From contig NW_026250432.1 in NCBI RefSeq assembly GCF_024521635.1, forward strand, positions 248,001 through 312,000: a DNA stretch of 64,000 bases, in the 5' to 3' direction. How positions within the stretch are numbered: position 1 is the first letter of the stretch; the number at the start of each line of letters is the position of its first letter. This document shows positions 36,359 to 49,479 of this stretch, piece after piece. The notes beneath the pieces are model-generated. The model saw only the letters and a list, made by a program, of their open reading frames with translations. It did no database searches and was not told the DNA's origin. Made by a program: the position numbers and the translations under genes. Origin of the DNA: Tricharina praecox. Its lineage: Eukaryota.

Positions 36359-39300
36359 CTAGGCTAGGTGTAGCGGCGTCGACCCATCATTATCGGCGGC
36401 AGAGACGTCAGCTCCCCGATCGACCAGCAGCCTAGCCACTGCCTCGTGCCCCTGGCGCAATGCTATGTGTAGCGGCGTCGACCCATATTTATCGGCGGCA
36501 GAGACGTCAGCTCCCCGATCGACCAGCAGCCTAGCCACTGCCTCGTGCCCTCCATACGAGGCTTCGTGCAGCGGCGTCGACCCATCATTATCGGCGGCAG
36601 AGACGTCAGCTCCCCGATCGACCAGCAGCCTAGCCACTGCCTCGTGCCCCTGGCGCAATGCTATGTGTAGCGGCGTCGACCCATATTTATCGGCGGCAGA
36701 GACGTCAGCTCCCCGATCGACCAGCAGCCTAGCCACTGCCTCGTGCCCCTGGCGCAATGCTATGTGTAGCGGCGTCGACCCATATTTATCGGCGGCAGAG
36801 ACGTCAGCTCCCCGATCGACCAGCAGCCTAGCCACTGCCTCGTTCTCCTCGCGCAATGCTATGTGTAGCGGCGTCGACCCATCATTGCCGGCGGCAGAGA
36901 CGTCAGCTCCCCGATCGACCAGCAGCCTAGCCACTGCCTCGTGCCCCTGGCGCAATGCTATGTGTAGCGGCGTCGACCCATATTTATCGGCGGCAGAGAC
37001 GTCAGCTCCCCGATCGACCAGCAGCCTAGCCACTGCCTCGTGCCCTCCATACGAGGCTTCGTGCAGCGGCGTCGACCCATCATTATCGGCGGCAGAGACG
37101 TCAGCTCCCCGATCGACCAGCAGCCTAGCCACTGCCTCGTTCTCCTCGCGCAATGCTAGGTGTAGCGGCGTCGACCCATCATTATCGGCGGCAGAGACGT
37201 CAGCTCCCCGATCGACCAGCAGCCTAGCCACTGCCTCGTTCTCCTCGCGCAATGCTAGGTGTAGCGGCGTCGACCCATCATTATCGGCGGCAGAGACGTC
37301 AGCTCCCCGATCGACCAGCAGCCTAGCCACTGCCTCGTTCTCCTCGCGCAATGCTAGGTGTAGCGGCGTCGACCCATCATTATCGGCGGCAGAGACGTCA
37401 GCTCCCCGATCGACCAGCAGCCTAGCCACTGCCTCGTTCTCCTCGCGCAATGCTAGGTGTAGCGGCGTCGACCCATATTTATCGGCGGCAGAGACGTCAG
37501 CTCCCCGATCGACCAGCAGCCTAGCCACTGCCTCGTTCTCCTCGCGCAATGCTATGTGTAGCGGCGTCGACCCATCATTGCCGGCGGCAGAGACGTCAGC
37601 TCCCCGATCGACCAGCAGCCTAGCCACTGCCTCGTGCCCCTGGCGCAATGCTATGTGTAGCGGCGTCGACCCATATTTATCGGCGGCAGAGACGTCAGCT
37701 CCCCGATCGACCAGCAGCCTAGCCACTGCCTCGTGCCCTCCATACGAGGCTTCGTGCAGCGGCGTCGACCCATCATTATCGGCGGCAGAGACGTCAGCTC
37801 CCCGATCGACCAGCAGCCTAGCCACTGCCTCGTGCCCTCCATACGAGGCTTCGTGCAGCGGCGTCGACCCATAATCATCGGCGGCAGAGACGTCAGCTCC
37901 CCGATCGACCAGCAGCCGAGCAATATCCAGGTCTCCAAAACTGGATGAATTGAGAAGTAGCCTGTCTAGTTGCGCCGTCGGTACGGGGTGTGAGTTAAAT
38001 ACCGTGACCAACTTCTGTCGTAACTCAAATAAACAAACCAAAGAGCAAATATCGCTGATTCGTTCGTTTAGAGCCGCAGATCGTCGCATAAAAGTGTCGT
38101 TGCTGCGGTTTATGTGTATTAAACGAGCCTTGCGATGATAGTCGAGCCATCGCTGGTAGGTGGTTTCTGATACGAATTTACTCCAAAGGGAAGTCATGAT
38201 TAGAGAGCCTTCTGTGTCTTCGCCGCGAGAAAGGTGCCATGGCCAAAACACCGCCGAGTAATTCAGCAGATGGCCATCGCTATGAATCCCAATTGTGTCA
38301 TAATAATCCCAAGCACTCGAATTGCATAGCAGCGAGAGGCAGTCTTTTGCGATTTCGGTATGAGATTTGACCCTTTCCAGTTTGGTCTCCAAGTATTCAT
38401 CGACGGAAAGGTGAGCAAATCGGAACACGTCAAGTCGTTTGTCCAAAACGACTAGATTTTGGCAAGCTTTCAGCAAGTCGTACACTTGTACGGTGACATC
38501 GTAGGAAGATTCCCCCGAGCTACTAATTTCAACGGTAATTGCGTCAAGCAGGATTCGTGTTGGTAATGGTTCGTATGAACACTGGATCCACCGGAATGCA
38601 TTCAGTGCCAGTCGAGGATAGCTGCCCTTTTGGGTAAGAATACGCTCGTATATCTCGCTGTAGGCGTCTGCTAGGGTGTCGGGAAGGGCCCTCAGACTGC
38701 GTCGTACATCCTGTTGAGTAGCCACCTCGCAAAGAAAGGTAATCTGAAGGGCAGCTAGTTGGAACCTAGTATTTGGGCGTCAGTTCCTGCGCTTATCAAT
38801 AACCGGGCGTTGTTTTTAAACTTACATTCCTTTAGATCGCTTGCAAAGGATGTCACATATTTCGTTCTTCAACTCATCGGGTACACTGCCATGAAGCAGT
38901 TGCTTCTTTTCGACAGCGCTCCGGATGTTCGCTTTCACGAATTGGTTTATGTCACTGACATTGTCGTCGGGCTGCAGCTCAATCCTGGGGAACGTTTCGA
39001 ATTGTAGGAGGATGTCGGTGTCCATTCGGGTAGTCGCAAAAATCTTGACTACGTTCTTCGATCTTTCCACGACATTCTTTAGCGCAGTCAGTAATTTCAA
39101 CCTCATTTTGTGGTCGACCTCGTCTAACGCGTCGATGCAGATTGTCGTCTGGGGATATATATCCGTGAGTTGAATGAGGAGCTCTTGGCTTTCGATCAGG
39201 CTTAGCCGCGAAGAAATTTGCCCTTTTTTCTCTCGATCCTGGTAGATATCAACAACTGGCTTTAAGAGCTTGTCCTCTTCGGAAGTCTGAGCGAGCTGTA

Positions 39301-41266
39301 GGATAAGCGTGTTCAATATGCTCTCGGGCTCTCGTCGAATTTCCTCGGCTCGGTTACAGTAGAAGTATGCCAACTTCTCCGGCGTCGCACTTGAAAGGAA
39401 AGAATCGATGACTCTGGAGGCAATGTACGTTTTGCCAGCTCCAGCTATACGGGCTGGTTAGACCAGACGTGACCAGACAACGGAGACATGCGGTACTTAC
39501 GGATTCCCCGTAGCAACAACAACTTCGAAGCGCTCAATGATTTCCAATCGTAATACTCGTTCCTAGCGAATAACCACTCGCCGGTTCCGCCCAAACGATT
39601 CTCGCTGATATGCCTGTGATGGCTGATATACGGGATTGTCGAGATCCAGTTCAGAACGTTGGATTTATTGGATACTTCTCGGAATGGTTAGCGATTCTTT
39701 CCAACGACTATCGATTCGGAGTTCCCAAACCTTGCAGCATGTGATGTATGGCATCAAGCCTAGGTACCACCCTCGATGTTGTGCTGTCCAGTTCGCGCAA
39801 CAAATCTCGAAGCTCTAGTAATAGATCACATTAGCCCCGTCCGTGGACAATGGTAAAGTTACGCCTCGATGTCGTCTTTCGAATCATAACTGCGGGCAAA
39901 CTGGGTGTCGCAATTGGGGGGGCCAACGGCCAATTCCTCGCAGGGCTCATTTACCGTTAAACTTGGAATCCATTTCTTGGTAACCCCGAAACCGGTCTGG
40001 AACAGCATAAGCATCTACCTTGGGGGATACGGGTCTGAGCATTTACTCTGTGCTTCAGCAGCCTGAGCATCTTTTCCGACTGTTTCCTCTAAGACATCGA
40101 TATCGCCAAGATAGTTTGAAAGCTCCTCCGTTGTGAATACTCCACGCACAACATTCTCTAAGGACCTATTAGCCGCACAGCATTGAAGATGACAAGATCT
40201 CTGGGAACTACTCACCTCCCGCACTCTTCATACCCTTCACTAGATACTTCAAGACGGCAGTATAGAGCTTCAGCATGGTACGTTCGAGGTTCTTTGATGC
40301 ATCTGTAAACTCCCCTTTGAGATACAGATTCTCGTACAATTTACACCGGTCGATAACATAGCTAGTCCTTTCGATCCCAACGAGGATTGTATCCAAGGTC
40401 TCCTTTTTACTCAGACAGGCCTGCCAAATGTCACTCTTTCATTCATCCACGGAGTCAGCGATAGAAGGGGAAGTTTTCCGAACCTGTAGAAGGAATCGGA
40501 ATGCCGCCCACGGCAAAGCGGCATGCACGGGATCGTACTGAACCACGATATCTCCGATCGCCTTGAACTTGTCCACCCAGCGCAAAATCTTCCCTACGAT
40601 GTCTCTAAGCTGTAGCTCGTGACCCCTGACTTCTATTTTCCAAGATTGTCTCTCATCCGCGCTCAGGATTCGTGTCATTTCCGCGCCGACACTTTCGGAG
40701 GTTAATATGCCCGTGGAGGTCTGTATCTCGGCTTCGATACCGGATTCTTTGAGGATTGCACGCTCCGCTGAGGATAACTCATTGAGCGCCCTCTTCCATA
40801 AGGACTCGGGTATGCCGATACTGCTGTCGACAGTTGGCTGGGGCACGCTATCCGGTTCCGTGCCGATGTTCCCTTTAGCAGCGGTGCGGCAGCTCCCTTC
40901 CGAAGTGGGCCCGACCTGGACAGTTGCATCCAAGTCTGCCGTGGTGTCTTCGGTCGCGCTCACGACAGCGCCGGGCAATAGTTGAGCATCGGATTCCTCC
41001 CTTGCCCCCTCATCGAGATCGACTCCAGCGGCGGGCTTCTCCGGCGGCGCAGGTATAAAACTCGTAGATAGTCGCGCTGGTAGTGAGGCAGAACTCGGCG
41101 TTGTGAGGCTCGCGGAGATCATTCCGGCGACGAAAATCGCAGAGCCGGCTCGGTCAGGGCCTGTTGATGAGCCTGACAGGCCGGAATTGGGAACGCTGCT
41201 GCTACTCCTTCTGAGGGCCCAGTCGACGAAGCGGCGGGCCGTCGATTTTCCTTTGGGTTTCGACAT
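36359..41266 (-). CDS. Fungal NLR-like protein: disordered N-terminus, helical N-terminal domain, NACHT NTPase, ankyrin repeats; multi-exon
   Basis: VQYDPVHAALPWAAFRFLL N-terminal motif typical of fungal NACHT proteins; GTGEWL; P-loop GIPGAGKT split by intron 39500-39445; YFYC; Walker B ICIDALDE; GMFQLA across intron 38825-38766; FRFAHLSVDEYL; 15 ANK repeats. Other introns 40483-40421, 40215-40158, 40046-39997; small exons at 39.7-40.0 kb are less certain. Confidence 0.93.
36362..37920 (-). repeat. Array of 15 complete plus partial 99-bp ankyrin-coding repeats with very high internal identity
   Basis: The scaffold CGGCGGCAGAGACGTCAGCTCCCCGATCGACCAGCAGCCTAGCCACTGCCTCGT recurs unchanged every 99 bp. 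Confidence 0.98.
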
Positions 41267-42326
41267 ATCGCAAGAGGTAGAATGAAAACAGTGTGGCGGC
41301 AATGGAGATGGTTGGAGCTTGGTGGACGTACTGAATTGACGTTCAGCCGTAACTGGGAAGCGGGGTCAAGTAGAGTCTCGATACAGAACACACCCGGTGT
41401 AACACTGCACGACGCAGCCGATGCCGAATAAGCAAAGGTACAGAATGCCCACCGTGGTGCTAAATCGTTCTCTGATACCCTTCACGTTAGGCAATGCCCT
41501 CACCAGCGCGTTGTGAACAGCGCAGATCAGATGAGTGGAATTTGCGCTCGGAGCATGAAAGCCACTGACTCGCTATTGACACACCTACTAAGGAGGGGTA
41601 AAAATAATGTAGTGCTACCGTACCTTTAAGAAAATGCTGGTGATATCGTATCAGTACGGTTAAAATACATATTTTTTATGGCCTGATACGATATCAATAT
41701 GCGTCCAGGGGGGTATAACGTATTTTTTTACCTCTCCCTTGACTGTACACGGTATCTATATTCTTATGGAAGGAAAAGTGATCTTGAGCCTAGATGTTGC
41801 ACGCAACCTGAGCATCACGGCGATGGCTCGTGGGAAAGAGGTTATCTAATAGGATCTGATAAGATGGTACAAGGCTCAGCCCCACAGTCTCTCTTGAAAC
41901 CAGTAACACTTTTACACGTCCTCTTTTTGGTCGGATGAATGTCAGTTGTTGAGTGCGTTTTCACCTTAGCATGGTCCTCGGTTCACAGAGTTGCGTCTTT
42001 TGAACGCGGGATGACTGGCCTGACTTGTTGGTTTCTCCGCCACATATGCTATTCGAATAGAACGAAGACCGATGATACGGATCAATGGCCACTCACCTAG
42101 GTATTAGGCCGCTAAATTCAAGAAGGAAAGGTGGTGATAGACTTTCTTTGCTGGTGTGAGGAGCGTTGGCTAGAAACGCGAATCCAACCGGCTGCCGAAT
42201 GTTACACGAGTGCCAAGCATCTCTCGTCACGCCCACACCCCCACCACCAATCCCCACCACCAACGTCCAGCTCCAAGCTCTTCATCCTACCGCCCACCAG
42301 CCACCACCCTCCCCAACCTCCACGCG

Positions 42327-43744
42327 ATGGCCGACGACTACACTTCCACTATTACAGGCTCCTTGCGGTCGCTCAAAGCTGTCGCATTCAAATTAGCCGA
42401 TAAGATTGACGAGACAACCGATCAGTGGGTTCTCGGCCGCGATCCTTGATTCCGCCACCACCTGCTAAGATCAGCTACAGTCTCGCTGGTAACATTCGCG
42501 AATCGCTCTCTACCTCAGCCTGGCTTCCTTCATCCGCCCGTCCAACCCCTCCTCCGCCTCCCCCGCCCACACGCGTCCCGACCGCCGGCTTCTCCTCGCG
42601 CCTCTTCAACTGGGCATGGGAAAACCGGCTAGCGGTCGGCCTCGTGACGGCCACCTCTCTCGGTCTCGGCAGTTATATCGTCACACAGCGACGGGCGGCA
42701 CGGTCCAAGAAACGCCGCGCGAAGCGAGCCTCCAATGGCGCTCGTCAGGAGGTTTTGGTACTGGCTGGTAGTCCACACGATGCCATCCTAAAGTCCCTGG
42801 CCTTGGACTTGGAGCGCCGCGGTTTTATCGTATTTGTCGTTGTCAACTCAATGGACGATGAGCAGCTAGTTATCAGCTTGGGAGGCCGTGATATCCGACC
42901 GCTCAACATCGATCTTCTAGACACCGCGGGTGCCGAAGCCTCGATTGCGCGCTTAGAGGCGTACGTCAGTTTTCCCGTATCCGCGTTCCAAGGGGCGCAC
43001 CCGCACCATCTACACTTCGCCGGCATGATCCTACTACCGGATTCCTACTTTCCCACTGGACCAGTCGAAATGATTTCTGCCGACGTCTGGTCGGACGTGC
43101 TGAACCTCCGTTTGCTCTCTCCTTTCATCACGGCAAAACTATTCATCCGCCTCCTCCGCGCGCACCAGTCACGCCTGCTCGTGCTGACACCAACAATTAC
43201 GCATTCACTTTCGCCGCCGTTCCATGCGCCGGAGGCAGTAGCGGTAGCAGCTTTGGACTCGTTCACTGACTCCTTGAGGAGAGAGCTCAAGCCACTGCAC
43301 GTCGACGTCGCACAAATAAAACTTGGCACCTTCGACACATCGACCGTGACCGGACGGCAACACCTACAGGCGGCGAATGGTGCGCGCGCAGACTTAATTT
43401 CATGGCCCACGGGTGTTCGCGGTGCCTACGGCCGGTCATATGCAGCGCAAGGGGGGAAGCGACCCGTCAAGGGGAGTACTCTGCGGGAGCTACACCATGC
43501 CGTGTTCGACGCTCTGACAATAAAGGGAAGGCCCCAGAAACTGGTGCGTGTTGGCAGCGGCAGCGTGGTCTACGACCTCATCGGAAGGTTTGCGCCGGAT
43601 GGAGTGATCGAGTGGATGCTGAACGGGGGAAGAGGATCAATTCCAGCCGATGAGCTGTTGGCGCGAGGCTCGGCGGGCAGCGAGGGAAGCGGGAGTGAAG
43701 GGAGCGTGGAGTGGGAGAAGGTGGATATGAATTCTTCGGCGTGA
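42327..43744 (+). CDS. DUF1776 family protein (fungal SDR-like fold); intron 42425-42480
   Basis: KKRRAKRASNGARQEVLVLAGSP, LALDLERRGFIVFV, LSPPFHAPE, GSTLRELHHAVFDAL, VGSGSVVYDLIG; the intron joins MADDYTS.. in frame. Confidence 0.85.
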
Positions 43745-45055
43745 TCATTGCCATTGGCATTGGCATATGTGGGGGTATTTGTGTGCGTTTGGTGGGGTAT
43801 TCAATATCGGTCCTCGTTGGCTCTCATCTCTTCAGTACTTTTATTTTTCGAACCAGGCAACAGTATTGTACGTATTGACGTTTAATGAGGATTCTCCACT
43901 TTGCATGAGCTTCGTATCATCTCCTCGCCTGAGCACGGGCGGGATTGAAATCATTTTTTTGTCACGGAATACCACGGACAACGGATCGCAGATGCACACT
44001 GATACGAGTGCAACTCCATCATCATAAAATGTGTTCTTGTTGCGGGCGTGGCTTGATGGTCACATTAAACTTACGGCGATCTTCAAGGGGTCGACGCAGA
44101 GTACCTGGATGACGTAGGGTGCGGGGCTCTGTGTACGAAAATTGGCACATGGCTATCACTCGTTGGTACTATAGAAATGAGCACTGTGAGTCCCCTAGAA
44201 ATAAGAGCTGTTACAGTTTTCCACTAACCTTAATTCTAAGGGCTACTTATTCTAAGGTTGGTATGTATGGTAGGCCCTAGGGTTCCATGAAGCTCGACCT
44301 ATAAAAACAACGACAACTACTCTCTCCCCTCCGTTACTTTCACAACTCTCAACATCAACATCAACATCAATATCATCAACCTCAGCCATCTGTGGCCTAT
44401 CCTACTTGATAAACATAATATCAAAACCTCAAATTCCACTACGATTTCCATTCCACGAAGCTGAGATCCCCCTTAACATGCCGCCGGGTTGAAAGCTCCG
44501 TCTCCTTCCCGCCTGCGATTCGCACAGGGAGAAGAAAGTTCCTCTGATCTTTCCGCCGTTTGAAGATCCGAATGCAAACACATTTTTCAACGAAGAAGAT
44601 TTGCGTGTGGGGCGGTGGAGGAGACGAAGTCATTCATCGTCCCCAGGTACACTAGCAGCCAGCGCCACCCGTTCAGTTCGCAAGTCCCACACCCGGAGGA
44701 CACGGCGGATATCGGTGGGGCCCAACTTTGGCGCAGGGATCCGAGTCGCGCATTGATGTCTCTGCCGGACCGAATCACGGAGATAGATATACCATGCCGG
44801 AGTCGACTACAGCAACGGGTACTATTCATCTGTTGTGAACCCCGGCGGCGCATATTTATCTCCAGGAGCGAATTACACAAATCAATATGCCCACGCCGGA
44901 TTGTACTACGGAAGCTGAACCGGCGGCGTCGATAGCGATGACGATCTGTGGCGTCAATGCATCCACTACATATTAGCGGCGAGCTCCCGCCACCTCCCAT
45001 TCCCGTCAAGAACATCTCCATGAAGCACCTGGGTGCTGGGGGCCGCGGGGGTTTA

Positions 45056-45337
45056 TACCCGCCACCTCCAATTCCCCCCAAGAACCCACCTTTTGGTGGC
45101 TCAACTAGTGTGAGTAATTCCCATCACCGGTAGAAGATATCTCAGCTAACAAAAAGTTCAGGCGAGAATAATACACCAAAGACGACGGGCCGACGCCCCT
45201 CGTCCACCTGGGAGCGCGGGAGTCTACCCGCCACCTCCAATTCCCCCCAAGAAACCCACCTTTTGGTGGCTCAACTAGTGTGAGTAACTCCCTTCACCGG
45301 TAGAGGATATCTCAGCTAACAAAAAGTCCAGGCGAGA
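45056..45337 (+). repeat. Tandem duplication (45056-45167 / 45225-45337), each copy holding a complete intron-like sequence
   Basis: GTGAGT...GCTAAC...CAG at 45110-45161 and 45280-45331 with near-identical flanks. Confidence 0.85.
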
Positions 45338-48300
45338 CGGATATTTTCACCGCAATGCCGAATGATCCTTTGGACGACTGTCCACTGCAGAAAGAGTGCT
45401 GCTCCACATTTCACATGTGATGGGGAGGAGATCGGGATGCGATGACATCGGAGAGGACGATCTGTTTTCTTGTTTTTGCTTTCTTCGTTTTTGCTTTCTG
45501 CGATTTTGTTTTCTTCGTTCTTGCTTCCTCTGTGGCTGGAATGTACACTCCATACACATACTACCACCGACTCACTCAATGCAATACACACATCGTGTGC
45601 TTGACAATCAATCACTCTCTCTACATACCATAAGTTCTATGCTTCCTTCCGGTCAGCCTGCGTGGGGCGCTCAGGGAGCCTCCTCAAATCGGTACATACC
45701 TCCTACTCATGTTGAAGAACGCACCATTCCGTGAGCGATCACATAACCACATTAGCCTCACTGTATCTACAGTATCCAGTACATTATAACGAAGGTCATT
45801 AAGGCCGCCGCGCACTCAATCGGTTCACTCCCACTGCAGCTAGACTCCAGTACGTAGTACGTATTTTTAAAAGCTGAAATACCTATGAGAATTTGGTTCC
45901 TCCATATACCTATCACTCGAACCGTCGCACGGTCGCACGTCGATGTTCGGGTCTTCCAGATGTTCCACCCAGTGCACCCACTCACCCACCCATCAGCAAA
46001 TGTGGACTATAGTATAGTAGGTGTTGGGCATCATGGAGCCACACTCGGAAATCCGAAACCATGAGCTACCTACCTGGGGGATAACTTCTTACATCCGAGT
46101 CTCACTGCTCGGCTACAGCAGCACTTTTCAATCCATCATCCATCATCCGTCATCGCCCCTACGTCTGAGGACTGAGGGCTGAGGGCTGAGAGGTTACACT
46201 TCAGTCGTTCACGATATCGTCCTTTCCGCCCCCGGCAATACTTTCGTTGCCGCCGACCGCCGACCGCCGTTCCTTCTCCGCCATCCACCACCACCACCGT
46301 CTACCGATCTAGACCCCCCTTCCCCGCCGGTGGCAGTGTTGCTTGCGTGATACTAAGCGTGAACGAACACCTAGCGGACTCACAAGGCGGTGTTTGATGT
46401 TTGAGAACATTCCCTGGTCGGGGGATCCCAGGTATTTCCACATGTATGGATAGTACTATAGTACTATAGCCACCTTCGCCACGCGCTGGTGGAAAGTTGG
46501 GAGGATTTAGCTCTGAGCTCTCGTGGTTCTTTCGGTTCTTGCCGGTTCGAATCCAATCCAAGCAGCAAGTATATCTCCGGTATATGTATGACATGTGTAC
46601 ATACTTATCATGTAGGTATTCTGGGAGTCCGGGACTGGCCAGGTTTGCAATGACTGTGCTATCTGCCAGGGGCAGGGCAAATAAGGCCTAGACGAGACGA
46701 GACGACGTGAAGATCTAATAAGCAAGGCCCGGCTCACCGGGGGCCTGGACTGCGAGAAAGTGCGGGGTGGCAGGAGATAGGAGATTTGCCGCCCATTCGC
46801 CACCCAAGTCCCCACCGGGTGAGAAGGGGACGGCGGAAGCGGGAGGATCCGAATATTCATTCATCGCGGCAAAAGTTCCGGCACCACCACTGCAGCTTCA
46901 GCTTCAACTTCAACTTCCGCTCGAAGCCACGGCGGGGCCTGTGCTGGCCACTGGCGATTGCTCGTGCATGTCCAGGCAACAAGGCCAGTCCAGTCCGGTG
47001 TTTGATACGTACCGGCTCATGCCGGCGTTCCCTCCGCCAGCTACCGGAAAGGAAGGAAGGCCTGCACGCTGGTATAACTAGTAACCATCGTGACTCGTGT
47101 GGGAAGGATGAACTCCTCGTGGCGGCGGCGGAGCCGCGGAGGGGTATCCCAGCTTGTTCCTGAGTCCTGACTGTCGGTCGTGCGACAGTGGAAGCGGTCA
47201 AGGATGCGGCGTTCGACATTATCCAGGCGATACATACGGATACGGTATGCTAGGTACTTCTAGAGTGGGGTTTCCGGCGAGTTCTTCGTGACAAAGTATG
47301 TAGTTGGTAGTTATCCAGTGATGTTTCTGCCACAGATATTGGCAAGGCAAACATTGCAGGATAGGTACTCTACCATAGGTGGTCAAGGAGCGAATGAAAT
47401 AAAGCAAGCCGAACCTACGGACCATCGTGGGAGGGACAGCCCTGGCGACGATGGAGGACGCGGGAAAAAGCACAGCCCGACCTGCCATCAACTTTGCCTC
47501 GACGCCGGCAGTGGCGTTTAATTACGCACGAATCCCCCAGCGAGCCATCTACTTACTTAGTAGATACGGTTGAGGGGAGGAATGACAAATTACCTTTGGA
47601 GCACACTTGAGAATTCACTTGCCAGCAAGGATTCAGCGAGATATCGGTACTACTAGGTAGGCAGAGCACTCCATTCCGGGATCGTTCCCACTTCCCGAGC
47701 TGAGGTGCTGAGTACATAGGTATGTATTTAGGCGAGGGCACGCGCCAGCATGGAGTTGTGTTCCTCAGGAGCGAGCGCGTGGAACCGTCGTGATTCGTGA
47801 AGACAGTTCGGTAGTGGCCGGCGGTGAAGGGTTTCGGTGGTGGTGATGGCGGTGCATGATAGACGAGGAGGAGGGTCGGGCTGTCATGCGTCCAGGAGCT
47901 CGCTTGCTCCGGTAGGGGGAAGCCGAGTGGGGAGGGGGGACTTCTACTCTATGTCGCCCCCGCTTTGATGCGGTCCAAGAGATTGAAGCGAGACCGACAA
48001 TCGTCGAGATCCTTTCGGTCCTAGCGCCTACTTATTCAAAATCGACTCTCCGGCAAAACTCGCTGTGCAGATGTGGTACTTGGGTAACCCATGTTCTCAG
48101 GGACCCTACGATCCCGCGAGAGTGAAAGGCTAGATTGATCGATTGATCATTGGTTCGGCACCAAGCGAGGGCCACACATCGCCGGCAGCCAGCCGCAGCC
48201 AGGCTGACAGACAGCACTGCGGCCAGCTTGATGGCAAAACGAATTATCCTACGCGGGCGTGCAGGTTGCTTCCGCCGCCACACGCCACAAACACATGCAT

Positions 48301-48431
48301 ATGTACGTCAACGGATGGCTTCGATCCGGCTGAGCCGAAGGAATCAGAGACAGACTCGTACCGGCACGGGAACGACAGTACACAGGTGCAGTTGTTTTTG
48401 GCGAACTTGGCTGATTAAGCAACTACCGGTA

Positions 48432-49479
48432 ACGTAGTAGAGCAGGAAATAAATCAAACCTAGGAGTGAATCAGAGAACGGCTGAATCGCCAGCCTAACC
48501 CCCTTCCATTATGTGCATAACCTCTCTTCGCCTTATCCTTCTTCAACCGTGGAGGTGGATTCTCATAGTCCTCAATCCTTGAGTCCGGGCCCGCTTCCGG
48601 CGCAATGACAAAGAACTCAGCCTTAAGAACTTCCAACACTGATGCCCCAAAGCCACCCCCCAGATTCATGGTTCTAAGAAAAATAGACTCGTGTTTCTCC
48701 GCAGCCTGTTCAGCTTCATAGATTCCACCCATCGGACCTGCAAGCATTGCATCCCCAAAGGCTTTCTTCTGTCGCTTCTCCTCTATGTGCTGGTGCTTCG
48801 GAGTGTTGGCTTCCAGCTTTTCCTCTGCCCTTCTCTTCCGTGAGTGAGCCTCTTCCAAGCTGATAACCCGAGTCCCCTTATTAGTCAACTCAGTCCGACT
48901 GCCCGGCCCTTCCCCATCGACTTTTCCTCTCTTCCAATTGACAGACCGTAAATGTCTGCTGGTTTCAATTTGCAGCGATTCCCTTGCCATTGACATTTTT
49001 CCTGACTTGACCATCTGCTGGACTCGGTCTCGCATGCCTGGCCGCAGTTCTACTCCCTGACACTCCATGAAGTCAAAGTCTTTCAACAGAGCCTCTTTTT
49101 GTTTCTTCAGCCCGATGGCATTATGGGGGGTGGTAGGAGGTGACGGCCGAGACTACCGTGGCTTTGCGGGTGGTGTTCTTGGTACCGGCTCAGCGGCGCC
49201 CTGGGGGGCCTCGACAGCGGGAATGCTCGTCGCCCGGCAGCGTGAATGCTCGGCGCCCGTCCTCGGCGCCCTGGGGGCCTCGACAGCGAAATGCGCAAAT
49301 CTCAGTTCCTATTCCATCATTGTGAGCGATCATAGCAATTAATACCGTATAGCATAGAATTCTCACCTCGACTAAATTTGGTGGTGGTGGTGGTGGTGGT
49401 ATACGAAGGGGGTTAGGCTGGCGATTCAGCCGTTCTCTGATTCACTCCTAGGTTTGATTTATTTCCTGCTCTACTTCGT
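48432..49479 (-). mobile_element. Non-autonomous Tc1/mariner-superfamily (pogo/Fot1-like) element, 1,048 bp, 75-bp TIRs, TA target duplication
   Basis: 48432-48506 is the reverse complement of 49405-49479 with one mismatch; TA at 48430-48431 and 49480-49481; TIR begins ACGTAG; the internal basic ORF (49086-48460) resembles a transposase C-terminal tail and has no DDE core. Confidence 0.88.

Noticed and set aside
36465..37874. 469-aa ORF antisense to the ankyrin array
   Set aside because: A stop-free antisense frame in one 99-bp unit is simply multiplied by the repeat; no independent coding signal.
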